From NCBI GenBank assembly GCA_965209055.1, contig OZ242374.1, forward strand, positions 3,424,001 through 3,488,000: DNA of 64,000 bases, in the 5' to 3' direction. Numbering within the stretch: position 1 is the stretch's first letter; every line of letters starts with the position of its first letter. This document shows positions 8,658 through 17,980 of this stretch, piece by piece. A program made the translations under genes and the position numbers. Source of the DNA: Acidobacteriota bacterium. Its GTDB lineage: Bacteria; Acidobacteriota; UBA6911; RPQK01; JAJDTT01. Under the pieces are notes generated by a model, which did not search any database, had not been told where the DNA came from, and worked only from the letters and a program-made list of their open reading frames with translations.

Positions 8658-9800
8658 ATGGTGAGTCGCATCCTGTTGCTCTCGACGATTCTGCCGGTGG
8701 CCATGGCAGGACGGGCCGACGGACAAGAAACTGCGGTTCAGAGGCAGTTGCAGGACGCCATTGCGGCGGAGCAGAGAGGCGATTGGCAGGCGGCCGAAAA
8801 AACTTACAGCAGCATTCTGAAACTGCACCCCCAACGGGCCGACGTCATGGTCCGGCTGGGGCTGGTCTATCAGCACCGGGGCAGGTTGGAACCGGCCGTT
8901 GACGCGATCCGGAGCGCCCTGACTCTCGACCCCGGGATCCCCGGCGCGCATTTTTACCTGGGCCTCGCCTATTTCGGCCTGCGCGGCTACGCCGAGGCCG
9001 CAGGGGTCCTGCAGGAGGCGATTTCCCGGGATCCGAAAAACGTCAAGGCTCAGGTCCACTTGGGAGCTTGCTTCCTGGCGCTGGGGCGGGTAGACGAGAG
9101 CATCGGACACCTGGAGGAGTTGATGCGTGTCCATCCTCGGGAGCTGGAAGCCTTGCAGACACTGGCCCAAGCCTATCTGACCAAGGGCAACGACGACGGC
9201 TTCAACCGGACTATCGCCCGGATCGACGAGGTCGAACCCGATTCCTTCCGGTCCCATCAGCTCCGGGCCGAGTTTTTCGCCGCTCGAAGGCGTGTGACCG
9301 AAGCGGCACAGGCGTATGAGAAAGCGGCCGCCCTGAACCCGAACGCGCCGGGAGTGAACTTCGCTCTGGGGGACATCTACTTCGAGCTGGGGGAATACGA
9401 CAAGGCGGAGCCGGCGCTGCGGAAGGAGCTGAGAATCGATCCGCATCACCCCATCGTCAACCTGGAGCTGGGAATCATCAACAACTCGCGGCGCCAGTTC
9501 GACCAGGCGATTCGGCACTTGGAGAGGGCATTGCGGGTGGACGGCCGGCTCACGGACGCCTACGTGGCGCTTGCCTCGGCGTTCGTGGCCAAGGGCCGGC
9601 TGCCGGCCGCCGAAGGCGCCCTCCGGCGGGCCATCGCATTGGCTCCCCGGGATCCGCAGCCCTACTACGAGTTGGCACAAGTCTTCCGGAAGCTGGGGAG
9701 GATGGAAGATGCCCAGGCCTCGTTGGAACGCTTTCAGAGGTTGGAAGAGGAGGAGAGCCAGGAGCGGCAACGGGCAGCGGAAGGCCTAATTGCACAGTAA
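8658..9800 (+). CDS. Secreted tetratricopeptide-repeat protein
   Basis: Signal peptide MVSRILLL...; repeated LG..Y...G...A...L..A...DP units. Confidence 0.88.
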   Translation: MVSRILLLSTILPVAMAGRADGQETAVQRQLQDAIAAEQRGDWQAAEKTYSSILKLHPQRADVMVRLGLVYQHRGRLEPAVDAIRSALTLDPGIPGAHFYLGLAYFGLRGYAEAAGVLQEAISRDPKNVKAQVHLGACFLALGRVDESIGHLEELMRVHPRELEALQTLAQAYLTKGNDDGFNRTIARIDEVEPDSFRSHQLRAEFFAARRRVTEAAQAYEKAAALNPNAPGVNFALGDIYFELGEYDKAEPALRKELRIDPHHPIVNLELGIINNSRRQFDQAIRHLERALRVDGRLTDAYVALASAFVAKGRLPAAEGALRRAIALAPRDPQPYYELAQVFRKLGRMEDAQASLERFQRLEEEESQERQRAAEGLIAQ

Positions 9801-9992
9801 CCCGTGACGCGCGGCCTCGCGGGGATGCTCGAGGCGTCCACTGGGCCTCGATCCGGGCGACTGCTTCTGCTACAGTTTGTGAACAATCGTTCACGTTCTT
9901 TGTGTTCCATATTGTGTTGAGTCCAACAATATCCCTGGTTGGAAATCCGGGTTGGAGGTTGGAGCGGATATTCACTTCATAGGAGGTCTCTG

Positions 9993-10862
9993 ATGCGAAG
10001 AAAGCACGTTGTGAGTGGCTTGGTCGTGGTTGCCCTGGTTGTCGGGGTCAACACTCCGGCGATGGCCCAGATTTTCCCCTGGTGGTCTTTTGACAGCGTC
10101 CTCGATGAGATCCAGGACCGAGGGACGATAAGGGTCGGTCTTGGTCTGTTCGAGCCGTGGTCGCTCTGCAACAACGACGGCGAACTGGTCGGTTTTGAGA
10201 TCGATGTCGCGACCAAATTGGCCACGGACATGGGGGTCGAGGTTGAATTTGCGCGGACGAACTGGAGCTACATCATATCTTCCCTGATCGCTGAGGATTT
10301 TGACGCCATCATCAGTGGCATGACAATCCTTCCGAGCCGCAATCTCAGGATCAATTTCACCTCACCGTACAACATGACCGGCGTCTATCTTGTGGCGAAT
10401 ACAGCGCAGACCATGGACTTGGAAACGTTGGAAGATTTCAACAGCGCCGATGTCACGATTGGGACCCGGAGGGGAGCGTCGTCAATCCCTGCGATCGAGA
10501 ATGTATTTCCCAATGCTATGATCGAACTCTTCGATACGGACAACGAGATCCTCGATGCCGTCGTCGCCGGTGATGTCCATGCCGCGGCAGCGTTCGCGAC
10601 AACACGCAACTCATGGGTCGAAGCCAACCCGGACACCCTCCACCTGCCGAGCGACGATGCCTTTGGGTCGGAAGCGTTGGCGATGGGGATACGGAAAGGC
10701 GATCTCGACACCCTGAATTTCCTCAATGGCTGGATAACGGTCAACGAGGCTAGTGGCTGGCTCGAACAGCGCCGCCAGTATTGGTTCGAGGGCACCGATT
10801 GGGAGGATCAGAGAGCTACCGATCCGGACGTCATTGCTGCGTGCGATCAGTCCTTTCTGTAG
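9993..10862 (+). CDS. Amino-acid-type ABC substrate-binding protein (family 3), stand-alone
   Basis: LDEIQ.RGTIRVG, GFEIDVA..LA..MGV, FDAIISGMTI...R...INF..PY; AGGAGG SD at 9981. Confidence 0.9.
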   Translation: MRRKHVVSGLVVVALVVGVNTPAMAQIFPWWSFDSVLDEIQDRGTIRVGLGLFEPWSLCNNDGELVGFEIDVATKLATDMGVEVEFARTNWSYIISSLIAEDFDAIISGMTILPSRNLRINFTSPYNMTGVYLVANTAQTMDLETLEDFNSADVTIGTRRGASSIPAIENVFPNAMIELFDTDNEILDAVVAGDVHAAAAFATTRNSWVEANPDTLHLPSDDAFGSEALAMGIRKGDLDTLNFLNGWITVNEASGWLEQRRQYWFEGTDWEDQRATDPDVIAACDQSFL

Positions 10863-10874
10863 CCGGCTCGGCAT

Positions 10875-10942
10875 GGAGGGTATGAGCGGCGGCTTTCCGG
10901 CCCGCCGCTCCCTCCGACTGCCGGGGACAGAAATGTCCCCGG
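10875..10942. repeat. REP-like palindrome doublet
   Basis: GAGCGGCGGCTTTCCGGCCCGCCGCTCC and CCGGGGACAGAAATGTCCCCGG. Confidence 0.6.
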
Positions 10943-11030
10943 TCCTCTCGTCGCGGCTAACGAGAGTTCTTCGATTCCTCGTATTCTTCCAAATCATCCA
11001 AAGCGTGTTGATGTAGAATGGTTCGCAACG

Positions 11031-12674
11031 ATGCACATCCGCCGTTCCCGATTCCTGTTTTCCCTTACCGCCTTTGTCCTGCTTCCCCTGCTGCATCTCG
11101 CTGCGCCGGCGAAGGAGAAGAACGACCGGAAGGATGACGGTCGGGTGCAGGCCGAAGAGTCGCAGGACCATTTCCGGAAGTGGCTCAACGAGGACGTGCT
11201 CTACATCATCACGGAAGATGAGAGGTCCGTCTTCGAAGGACTGACCAACGAAGCCGAGAAGGAGCAGTTCATCGAGCAGTTCTGGTATCGGCGGGACCCG
11301 GACCTCAGGACCCCCATCAACGAGTACAAGGAAGAGCACTACCGCCGCATCGCGTACGCCAACGAGCGCTACCACAGCGGCAGGTCCGGTTGGAGATCGG
11401 ACCGCGGACGGATCTACATCATCCACGGGCCTCCGGATGAGATCGAGGACTTCGGCGGCGGTGGCCAATACGTCCGCGAGTCGTACGAAGGCGGCGGGAC
11501 CACCACCGTCCATCCCTTCGAGCGGTGGCGGTATCGAAAGATCGACGGGCTCGGGAGCGACATCACCCTGGAATTCGTGGACGAATCCCGCACCGGGGAG
11601 TACCGGCTCGCCCTCAATCCGGACGAGAAGGACGCGGCGATCGGCCTGCCCGGCATAGGGCTGACGGACACCGAGAGGTTGGGCCTGACCCAGAAGGGGA
11701 GGCGCTTGCATCCCGACGAGATGCACAACCCCTACCTCCGGGCCAACATGCGGCGCCAGGACCATCCCTTCACCCGTTTCGAGATCTTCGCCAAGACCCA
11801 GGCGGCCCGGCCCATCAAGTACATCGACCTCCGGGATCTGGTCAAAGTCACGGTGAACTACACCAATCTCCCGTTCCAGGTTCGGAGCGACTATTTCCGG
11901 TTGAACCAGGACAAGGTGCTGATTCCCGTCACCGTGGAGTTGCAGAACCGGGACATGACCTTCAAGCAGGAGGGCACCTCCCACTACGCCCAGATCGGCC
12001 TCTACGGCGCGATCACCAGCATAGGGAAGAAGTTCATCCAGGAATTCGATCAGGACATGACCGTCGCCTACCCCGACAAGTGGATCGAGTTGGGGCGGCA
12101 GAGCCGGTCCCTCTACCAGAAGGTGCTGTTGTTGGACAACAATACGCGCTACAAGCTGGACTTGATCGTCAAGGACCTCAACGGCGACAATGTGGGCGCC
12201 CTCAGCCACGCCCTGATCCCACCGCCTTCGGTGAAGGAGAACCGGAAACTGAGCGCCAGCTCGCTGGTTCTTTCCGACCACATGCGGGAGCTGGAGGAGT
12301 TGCCGGAAGGCGACGAGATGTTCGTCTTCGGAGACGTCAAGCTCCGGCCCAGCATCGCCCGGAAGTTCACCCGGAAGGTTCCCCTCGGGATCTATCTGCA
12401 CCTGTACAATTTCAAGGTGGATCAGGCTTCCAACGTCCCCTTGCTGGAGGTCTCGTACCGGATCCGAAACGGGAACGGCCAACTGGTCCGGGACGTCACG
12501 GACAGCGCCGGGGAATCGATCCAGTTTCTCTCCGAAGAAAGGGTCGTCCTGACCAAGAGACTGGACCTGAGCGACCTGGAGCCCGGCAACTACCTGGCGC
12601 AGGTCGAGGCGCTGGATTCCTCCAGCAACGAACGGGTGCGGTTGGAGGACCGCTTTCGAGTCGTGGGGAACTGA
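11031..12674 (+). CDS. GWxTD-domain protein
   Basis: KWLNEDV.YII, FIEQFW.RRDP...T..NE.KEEHYRRIAYANE, GWRSDRGRIYI..GPPDE; a family typical of Acidobacteria. Confidence 0.92.
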   Translation: MHIRRSRFLFSLTAFVLLPLLHLAAPAKEKNDRKDDGRVQAEESQDHFRKWLNEDVLYIITEDERSVFEGLTNEAEKEQFIEQFWYRRDPDLRTPINEYKEEHYRRIAYANERYHSGRSGWRSDRGRIYIIHGPPDEIEDFGGGGQYVRESYEGGGTTTVHPFERWRYRKIDGLGSDITLEFVDESRTGEYRLALNPDEKDAAIGLPGIGLTDTERLGLTQKGRRLHPDEMHNPYLRANMRRQDHPFTRFEIFAKTQAARPIKYIDLRDLVKVTVNYTNLPFQVRSDYFRLNQDKVLIPVTVELQNRDMTFKQEGTSHYAQIGLYGAITSIGKKFIQEFDQDMTVAYPDKWIELGRQSRSLYQKVLLLDNNTRYKLDLIVKDLNGDNVGALSHALIPPPSVKENRKLSASSLVLSDHMRELEELPEGDEMFVFGDVKLRPSIARKFTRKVPLGIYLHLYNFKVDQASNVPLLEVSYRIRNGNGQLVRDVTDSAGESIQFLSEERVVLTKRLDLSDLEPGNYLAQVEALDSSSNERVRLEDRFRVVGN

Positions 12675-12693
12675 CTCGCCCTTCCCATCCGGC

Positions 12694-12716
12694 CGGCGCT
12701 TGGAAACCGCCGCTCC
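12694..12716. repeat. REP-like GGAG palindrome
   Basis: Reverse complement GGAGCGGCGGTTTCCAAGCGCCG, between convergent genes. Confidence 0.6.
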
Positions 12717-12732
12717 AGCCGCCCCTCTCGCG

Positions 12733-14418
12733 TCATTGCAGAGTGAGCAGAGAGAAGGGAAGGGGCGTCGGCTGAAAAACGGGATCGTTTTCCCGCCACG
12801 GTTGCCGGCAAGCTTCTTTTCGCTGATACCGGGTGAGGTTTTCCTGCAGCAGATCGGCCAGCATGGAGCGTTGGGCCCGGGTCACTTCGGTGATCATCAT
12901 CCTCTGCATCTGGACGGCGCGATCGAAATGGCCCAGCTCGGCGTAGACCATGGCCAGCGTCTCCACCTGCTCGAAATCGGGGGTCTTCACTTGTTCGAAC
13001 ACCTTCTGCAGGAGGCGCAGTGCCTGCTGTCCGTTCCGGATGGCGGCGTCCGGACAGGCTGCCAGCAGCCGGGCCAGGGCGTGCATCAGATCGGTGTCCT
13101 CGGGTAGAGCCGTCAGTCCCGCCTGCAGCCGCGACCGGGCCTCCCTCCACCTCTGGGTCCTCACCAGGGCCATGGCGCCCATGAAGTGGGCGAAGGCGTT
13201 GCCGGGATCCAGCTCGATGACCCTGCCGTAGTGGGGGACCGCCTCGTCGACTCGTCCCTGGCGCATCAGCAGGTTGGCCAACTGGAAGTGGGCTTCGGTG
13301 AAGTTGGGATCCGTTTCGACGGACTTGCGGCAGTGCTCCAGAGCCTGTTCCTCGCGACCCATCTGGATCAGTCCCATGGACAGGTTCAGATGGATCCGGG
13401 ACGTGGAGGCGGTATGAGGCAGGGCGGCCTCGAACTGCTGGACGGCCTCCTCGACCCGGCCCATCTGCGCCAGGGCCGTGCCCAGATCCACGAGGGCCAG
13501 GGCGTCGGTGGGGTCCTGGGCAACCATCTGGCGAAAGAGCCGCACGGCCTGTTCGTGTTGTCCCGTCTCGAGTAGACGGTTGGCTTGCTCGCGCTGCTGC
13601 CAGCGTCCCGTCTTCATTCTCACCAGCTCTTCCAGCAAGGGATCGGGATAGTTGACGGCGCCGTCCCCCTGCTTGCCGAGATGAAGCCGGGCCTTGTCCA
13701 CCTGGCCCAACTGGCGGTAGGCCATGGCCAGCCGGTAGTGGAGGCTGCTGGCCTGAGGTTGTCGCCGGAGAGCCTCTTCATAGCGCTCGACAGCCTTCGC
13801 GTAGTCGCGTCCGGCCGCCGCGATTTCACCAAGACCCGCCATCGCCGCCGCCGAGGCCGGGTCCAGTTTCAGCGCCCGCTGGAAATGTTTCGCCGCCTCC
13901 TCGGTCCGGCCCTGCTCCAACTCGATCCGGGCCAGGCCCAGCACGGCCGCCAGGTCGTTGGGGCGCAACGTCAGGACGTGCGCGTATTGGGCGCCGGCTC
14001 GGTCCAGGTCGCCTCTCGCCCGATAACCGAGAGCCAGGTAGTGGGACCAGCGATAGTCCCGGGGCGCCAGCCGCAGAGCGTTCCGGTAGCAGGACTCGGA
14101 CGCTTCCAGGAGGTCGTAGGTCTGAAGCATCTGGCCCATTCGGCCATAGGCCAGAGCCCTCTGCTCCGGAGTGGCGCCGGGCCGTCGGGTCGTCTCTTCA
14201 AGGTCGGAACGGGCGCGCTCCAGCTGCTCCCGGACGTTCGCGTCCATGGCCGTCAGGTTGGGGAAGGGAATCGGCTCCAGTTCGGAACCTGTGGCCTGAA
14301 CCGGCGGCGGTTCAGGCGGAAGCGCTTTTGGGGCAGCGGACAGATGACCCGGAAAAAGGCCGCACAGCGCCGCTATCGCGATCGGAAACAATCCCCATGA
14401 CGCCGACTTTCGTTTCAT
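12733..14418 (-). CDS. Secreted tetratricopeptide-repeat protein
   Basis: Signal peptide; many TPR units; C-terminal ARLLAACPD..R.G..A motif. Confidence 0.88.
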   Translation of the reverse strand: MKRKSASWGLFPIAIAALCGLFPGHLSAAPKALPPEPPPVQATGSELEPIPFPNLTAMDANVREQLERARSDLEETTRRPGATPEQRALAYGRMGQMLQTYDLLEASESCYRNALRLAPRDYRWSHYLALGYRARGDLDRAGAQYAHVLTLRPNDLAAVLGLARIELEQGRTEEAAKHFQRALKLDPASAAAMAGLGEIAAAGRDYAKAVERYEEALRRQPQASSLHYRLAMAYRQLGQVDKARLHLGKQGDGAVNYPDPLLEELVRMKTGRWQQREQANRLLETGQHEQAVRLFRQMVAQDPTDALALVDLGTALAQMGRVEEAVQQFEAALPHTASTSRIHLNLSMGLIQMGREEQALEHCRKSVETDPNFTEAHFQLANLLMRQGRVDEAVPHYGRVIELDPGNAFAHFMGAMALVRTQRWREARSRLQAGLTALPEDTDLMHALARLLAACPDAAIRNGQQALRLLQKVFEQVKTPDFEQVETLAMVYAELGHFDRAVQMQRMMITEVTRAQRSMLADLLQENLTRYQRKEACRQPWRENDPVFQPTPLPFSLLTLQ

Positions 14419-14464
14419 GGCGTGATCGACCGTTCTGCTTGGGGCCGGAGAGTCGCCGGGCGCG

Positions 14465-16435
14465 TCAATAGGGCCAGTCCAGCGGAGGAGCGGCGGCCAC
14501 GAATTGACGGCGTTTCACCCATCGGACCCGGTCCTGCCGGTAATGGTCCCGCTGATAGAAGGGGTAGTATTTTCCGGGAGGATCGATGAAGACGACGCTG
14601 TTGCCCTTAACGACCAGGTTGAAATCGACTCCCCACATCTTTTCCTTGACCGTGCGCTCCTGGATGGGAAAGGAGAGTGTCACCGCGTCCCCCGGTTTCA
14701 CGCTTCCCACTTGGGCATAACGCCCTTCCCAGCCCAGCTTTCGAGTCTGTTCATTCACCCTGCAGACCGTCTTCTCCGTTTCGGTCCAATCGGGAATCCG
14801 AACCTGGAGCCGGATCGGCTGCTTGACCCTCACGTCCACCTGTCCTTCATAGGGGATATAGCTCTGGACGTCCGCCCACGGCGACACCCGGTTGAGGAGC
14901 AGATTGACCTTCACGTCGCCGTCCCGCTGGTGGAGCAGGTGTCTCCAGGCGTACCAGATGGCGCGGGCATGGTTGCCGGTGCAGCAATGCATGAGGAACA
15001 GGTGGTCGGAATCGGGACGGTCCGGCCAGGTCAGGGGATGCCCCACGAAGTCGTTGGGGGAGGCCAGGCTCATGGCGGAGCCGATGTTTCGTTCCACGGT
15101 CCGGTCGGAGCTCTCGAACTCGGGCCGGTTCCAGGTCTCGTAGCGATCCTCCGGCAGGAGCCGGTTGACAAAATCTCCCTTCAACAGTTGCATCTCGGCG
15201 AACTGATTCCTCAGGTAGCGGTCAGCGTCGTCCCAGTAGTCCCCGGCCCCGGCGATGCTCAGCTTGATGGCCAGCGCCGCCATGTCGGCGATGGTGCAGC
15301 CCTCCACGCCGTATCTGGCCACCTGCTGAACCGTCTTGGCCGAGTACTGAGCCCCGGCGCCCGGAGTGGAGGGAAAGAATCCCACGGTGGCGCTGCCGCT
15401 GGAGTCCCGGGCGTATTCGTAGGACTTTTTCGAGTACTCGATGAAATCCTGGTCCCTGCTGGCCATGGCGAATTCCAGCAGGCCGGAGATGGGGCGGGTG
15501 TGCAGGTGGGTGTGGGGGACGCCCCGGAAGCGCCCTTCCGAGTCGTAGCAGCCCGAATGGCGCGTCATGTAGATGGCCAGCTTGCGGGCCAGGTCCAGGG
15601 CCGGCTGGTAACCGATGGCCAGGTAGGCCTGGCTGAGGCCCTGAATGATCCAACCCGCGGCGGCCCCGCTCGCCTCCCGGGTGCAGTCCGGGTCGACGAC
15701 GTCCCGGTCCTGGGGAACCTCCGTGTCCGGGTTGACCGCCATCAAGGGAAAGTAGCAGTAGTCGTCCTTGTAGATCATCAGCCGGGCCACGGCGTCGACC
15801 AGTTTCTCCAGCCGTTCCTTCCAGAACTCGTCGCCGCTCAACAGGTAGTAGAGGGCGAGATTGCCCAGCCAGCCCCCTTGAGCGACGGTGCTGGCCAACT
15901 GCGTCTCCTTGAGTCCCTTCTGCTCCAGCCAGTCGGCATGGAACCCCGCCCAGGGGCGGCCCTCGAACGGCATGTAGATCAGGCCGTCCTCCCCCTGCAT
16001 ACGCAGCAGGTTCTCCGGCCAGGCCTGATCCACTTCCAGGTTCTGGTCGCTGCCGCTGACGTAGCGGAGCAGGGGAAGCGCTTCCTGAAACTTGTACTGG
16101 ACGTTCAGATCATGGAAGTCGTGCACCAGGACGGGCGGCTTTCGGTTCAGGAGCACGTGCCACCAGATCTCGTAGCCCGCTTCCGGGTCCGCCGATTCGG
16201 TCAGGGCGTTGATGGACAGCCGGGCCCGCTCCGCCAGATCCAAGGTGTCGGGAACCAGCCCTTCCTGCCATTCGCCCTTCACCTCCGGGAAAATCACCTC
16301 CGGAATCTCCGGCGAGATGTAGCCGATCTTCCTCGCTTTGGACTCTTCCAAAGGGCCCGCCGACAGCGTGACGGTTGTGGCCAGAATCGCCGCACCCATC
16401 CATCGGACACCGAGTCGGTTCGTCTTCATCTGCAT
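14465..16435 (-). CDS. GH127/GH146-like (beta-L-arabinofuranosidase-like) secreted hydrolase
   Basis: VPDTLDLAERA, HTH, EGCTIAD, R.LRNQFAE.Q, HCCTGN (Cys/Glu Zn-site pattern), C-terminal beta-sandwich (VRIPDW). Confidence 0.65.
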   Translation of the reverse strand: MQMKTNRLGVRWMGAAILATTVTLSAGPLEESKARKIGYISPEIPEVIFPEVKGEWQEGLVPDTLDLAERARLSINALTESADPEAGYEIWWHVLLNRKPPVLVHDFHDLNVQYKFQEALPLLRYVSGSDQNLEVDQAWPENLLRMQGEDGLIYMPFEGRPWAGFHADWLEQKGLKETQLASTVAQGGWLGNLALYYLLSGDEFWKERLEKLVDAVARLMIYKDDYCYFPLMAVNPDTEVPQDRDVVDPDCTREASGAAAGWIIQGLSQAYLAIGYQPALDLARKLAIYMTRHSGCYDSEGRFRGVPHTHLHTRPISGLLEFAMASRDQDFIEYSKKSYEYARDSSGSATVGFFPSTPGAGAQYSAKTVQQVARYGVEGCTIADMAALAIKLSIAGAGDYWDDADRYLRNQFAEMQLLKGDFVNRLLPEDRYETWNRPEFESSDRTVERNIGSAMSLASPNDFVGHPLTWPDRPDSDHLFLMHCCTGNHARAIWYAWRHLLHQRDGDVKVNLLLNRVSPWADVQSYIPYEGQVDVRVKQPIRLQVRIPDWTETEKTVCRVNEQTRKLGWEGRYAQVGSVKPGDAVTLSFPIQERTVKEKMWGVDFNLVVKGNSVVFIDPPGKYYPFYQRDHYRQDRVRWVKRRQFVAAAPPLDWPY

Positions 16436-16581
16436 TTCCGTTTACCATCCGGGTCGGAGTGAGTCATGATCTGCCGACGGACCGTCGTCAGTCCCAATGA
16501 GGGTTTATTCTAGATGATGACGCTGTGTTTCGGTACCGACCGATTTCCGGGAGGGCCGCCTTGTCCGAAGGAGGTGTCGAG

Positions 16582-17085
16582 ATGGCTGGGATGAAAAAGA
16601 TCACGAGGATGGACCATATTGCCTTGATGGTGAGCGATCTGGACCGGTCGTTCCATTTCTACCACCAACTGCTGGGCCTGGAGGTGGAGGAATATGTCGA
16701 GCACCCCACGCCGGGCAACACGAACATCCAGGGAGTCTCCAAGATGACCCGGTTCCCCGACGTGAGGATCCGGGAGTATCGCTTGAGGATGCCCGAGAAC
16801 CCGGGCATGACCCTCGATCTGATCGAGTGGATCACCCCCAAGAGCCCGGTGGGGCGGTACCCGTTGCACCACGTCCCTTCGGCGCATATCTGCTTCAACG
16901 TGGAGGACATTGAGGCGACGCACGAGTTTCTGAAGGGAGAAGGCGTCGAGTTCGTCTCTCCGCCCGTGTACTGGGAGCCGGAGGAAGGAGGATGGGTGGT
17001 CCTCTTCTTCTACGATCCGGACGGGAACCTCCTGGAGTTGAATCAGCCGCAGCCACACCACCAAAAAGCGGAATCTAGCGCCTGA
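16582..17085 (+). CDS. VOC-family metalloprotein (paralog of 2373..2882)
   Basis: DHIALMVSD, HHVPSAHICF, LFFYDPDGNLLELN; AAGGAGGT SD before ATG 16582. Confidence 0.9.
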   Translation: MAGMKKITRMDHIALMVSDLDRSFHFYHQLLGLEVEEYVEHPTPGNTNIQGVSKMTRFPDVRIREYRLRMPENPGMTLDLIEWITPKSPVGRYPLHHVPSAHICFNVEDIEATHEFLKGEGVEFVSPPVYWEPEEGGWVVLFFYDPDGNLLELNQPQPHHQKAESSA

Positions 17086-17095
17086 CCCCGCTGGG

Positions 17096-17125
17096 AGAGG
17101 GGGGCGGTCTTGCCCCCCTCTTTTC
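17096..17125 (+). terminator. Intrinsic terminator between convergent VOC and SDR genes
   Basis: AGAGGGGGGC..GCCCCCCTCT stem followed by a short T tract. Confidence 0.6.
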
Positions 17126-17164
17126 TTCCGGTCCTCTTCTCTCGCCGGAGTGCGCTCGTCCGGT

Positions 17165-17977
17165 TTACCGATTCGCAGCCCGCGCCAAAAACCTGGCTTG
17201 TCCCACTTCCATCTGCCGCCCCGAGGGTTGGATCGCCGTCATTCCGGCGTCCACCATCAGCACGGCTCCGGTGATGTAGGAGGCTTCGTCGCTGGCCAGA
17301 AACAGGATGGCGTTGGCCACCTCGCTGGGCTCGGCGAAGCGGGACATGAGCGTCTGGCCCGCATAGGGCGCCACGTTCTCGGCCGGCGTGTTGGCCATCA
17401 TGGGCGTGTTCATACCGGTGGGGCAGACGGCGTTGGCCCGGATGCCGTCGAGGCCGCAGTCCTGGGCGATGCAGCGGGTCAGGCCGATGAGGCCGTGCTT
17501 GGAGGTGTTGTAGTCAGCCTGGTTCTCGTTCCCCTGAACGCCTGACACCGAGGAGACACAGACGATGCTTCCGGCCCCCTGGCGTTTCATCTGGGGAATC
17601 ACCGCCTTCGAGCAGAGAAACGGGCCCCGCAGGTTGACCCGCATGATCCGGTCCCAGACCTCCGCATCGATCTCGTACACCGGCGCCACTCTTCCAAAAG
17701 TGGCGGCGTTGTTCACCAGGACGTCGATCCGGCCGAACTGCTCCAGAGTGGTCTCCGCCATCCGCTCCGTGTCCTGCTCGTCGCTGCAGTCGGCAATGAT
17801 CGTAATCGCTTCGCCACCGGCCTCACCGATTTTCTCCACCGTCTCCGCGGCCGTCTGCGGGTTCACGTCCACAACGGCCACCCGCGCGCCTTCCGCCGCG
17901 AACCGCAATGCCACGGACTCTCCCAAGCCCTGCCCGGCCCCTGTAACGATAGCCACCTTGTCCGCCAAACGTCCCAT
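17165..17977 (-). CDS. SDR-family oxidoreductase (paralog of 2947..3696)
   Basis: TGAGQGLG, NNAA, YNTSKHGLIGL, MNTPM, EVANAILFLASD. Confidence 0.93.
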   Translation of the reverse strand: MGRLADKVAIVTGAGQGLGESVALRFAAEGARVAVVDVNPQTAAETVEKIGEAGGEAITIIADCSDEQDTERMAETTLEQFGRIDVLVNNAATFGRVAPVYEIDAEVWDRIMRVNLRGPFLCSKAVIPQMKRQGAGSIVCVSSVSGVQGNENQADYNTSKHGLIGLTRCIAQDCGLDGIRANAVCPTGMNTPMMANTPAENVAPYAGQTLMSRFAEPSEVANAILFLASDEASYITGAVLMVDAGMTAIQPSGRQMEVGQARFLARAANR

Positions 17978-17980
17978 CCT

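Noticed and set aside
9881-9892. GAAC-N4-GTTC as a LexA (SOS) box
   Set aside because: Matches the Gram-positive-type box, but the host looks acidobacterial and the downstream gene is not an SOS gene; kept only as an unassigned palindrome.
10611-12482. Long antisense ORFs (623 aa here; also 14504-16462, 33286-35712, 44121-46073 and others)
   Set aside because: Shadows of well-supported genes on the opposite strand, expected at high GC3; no family motifs.
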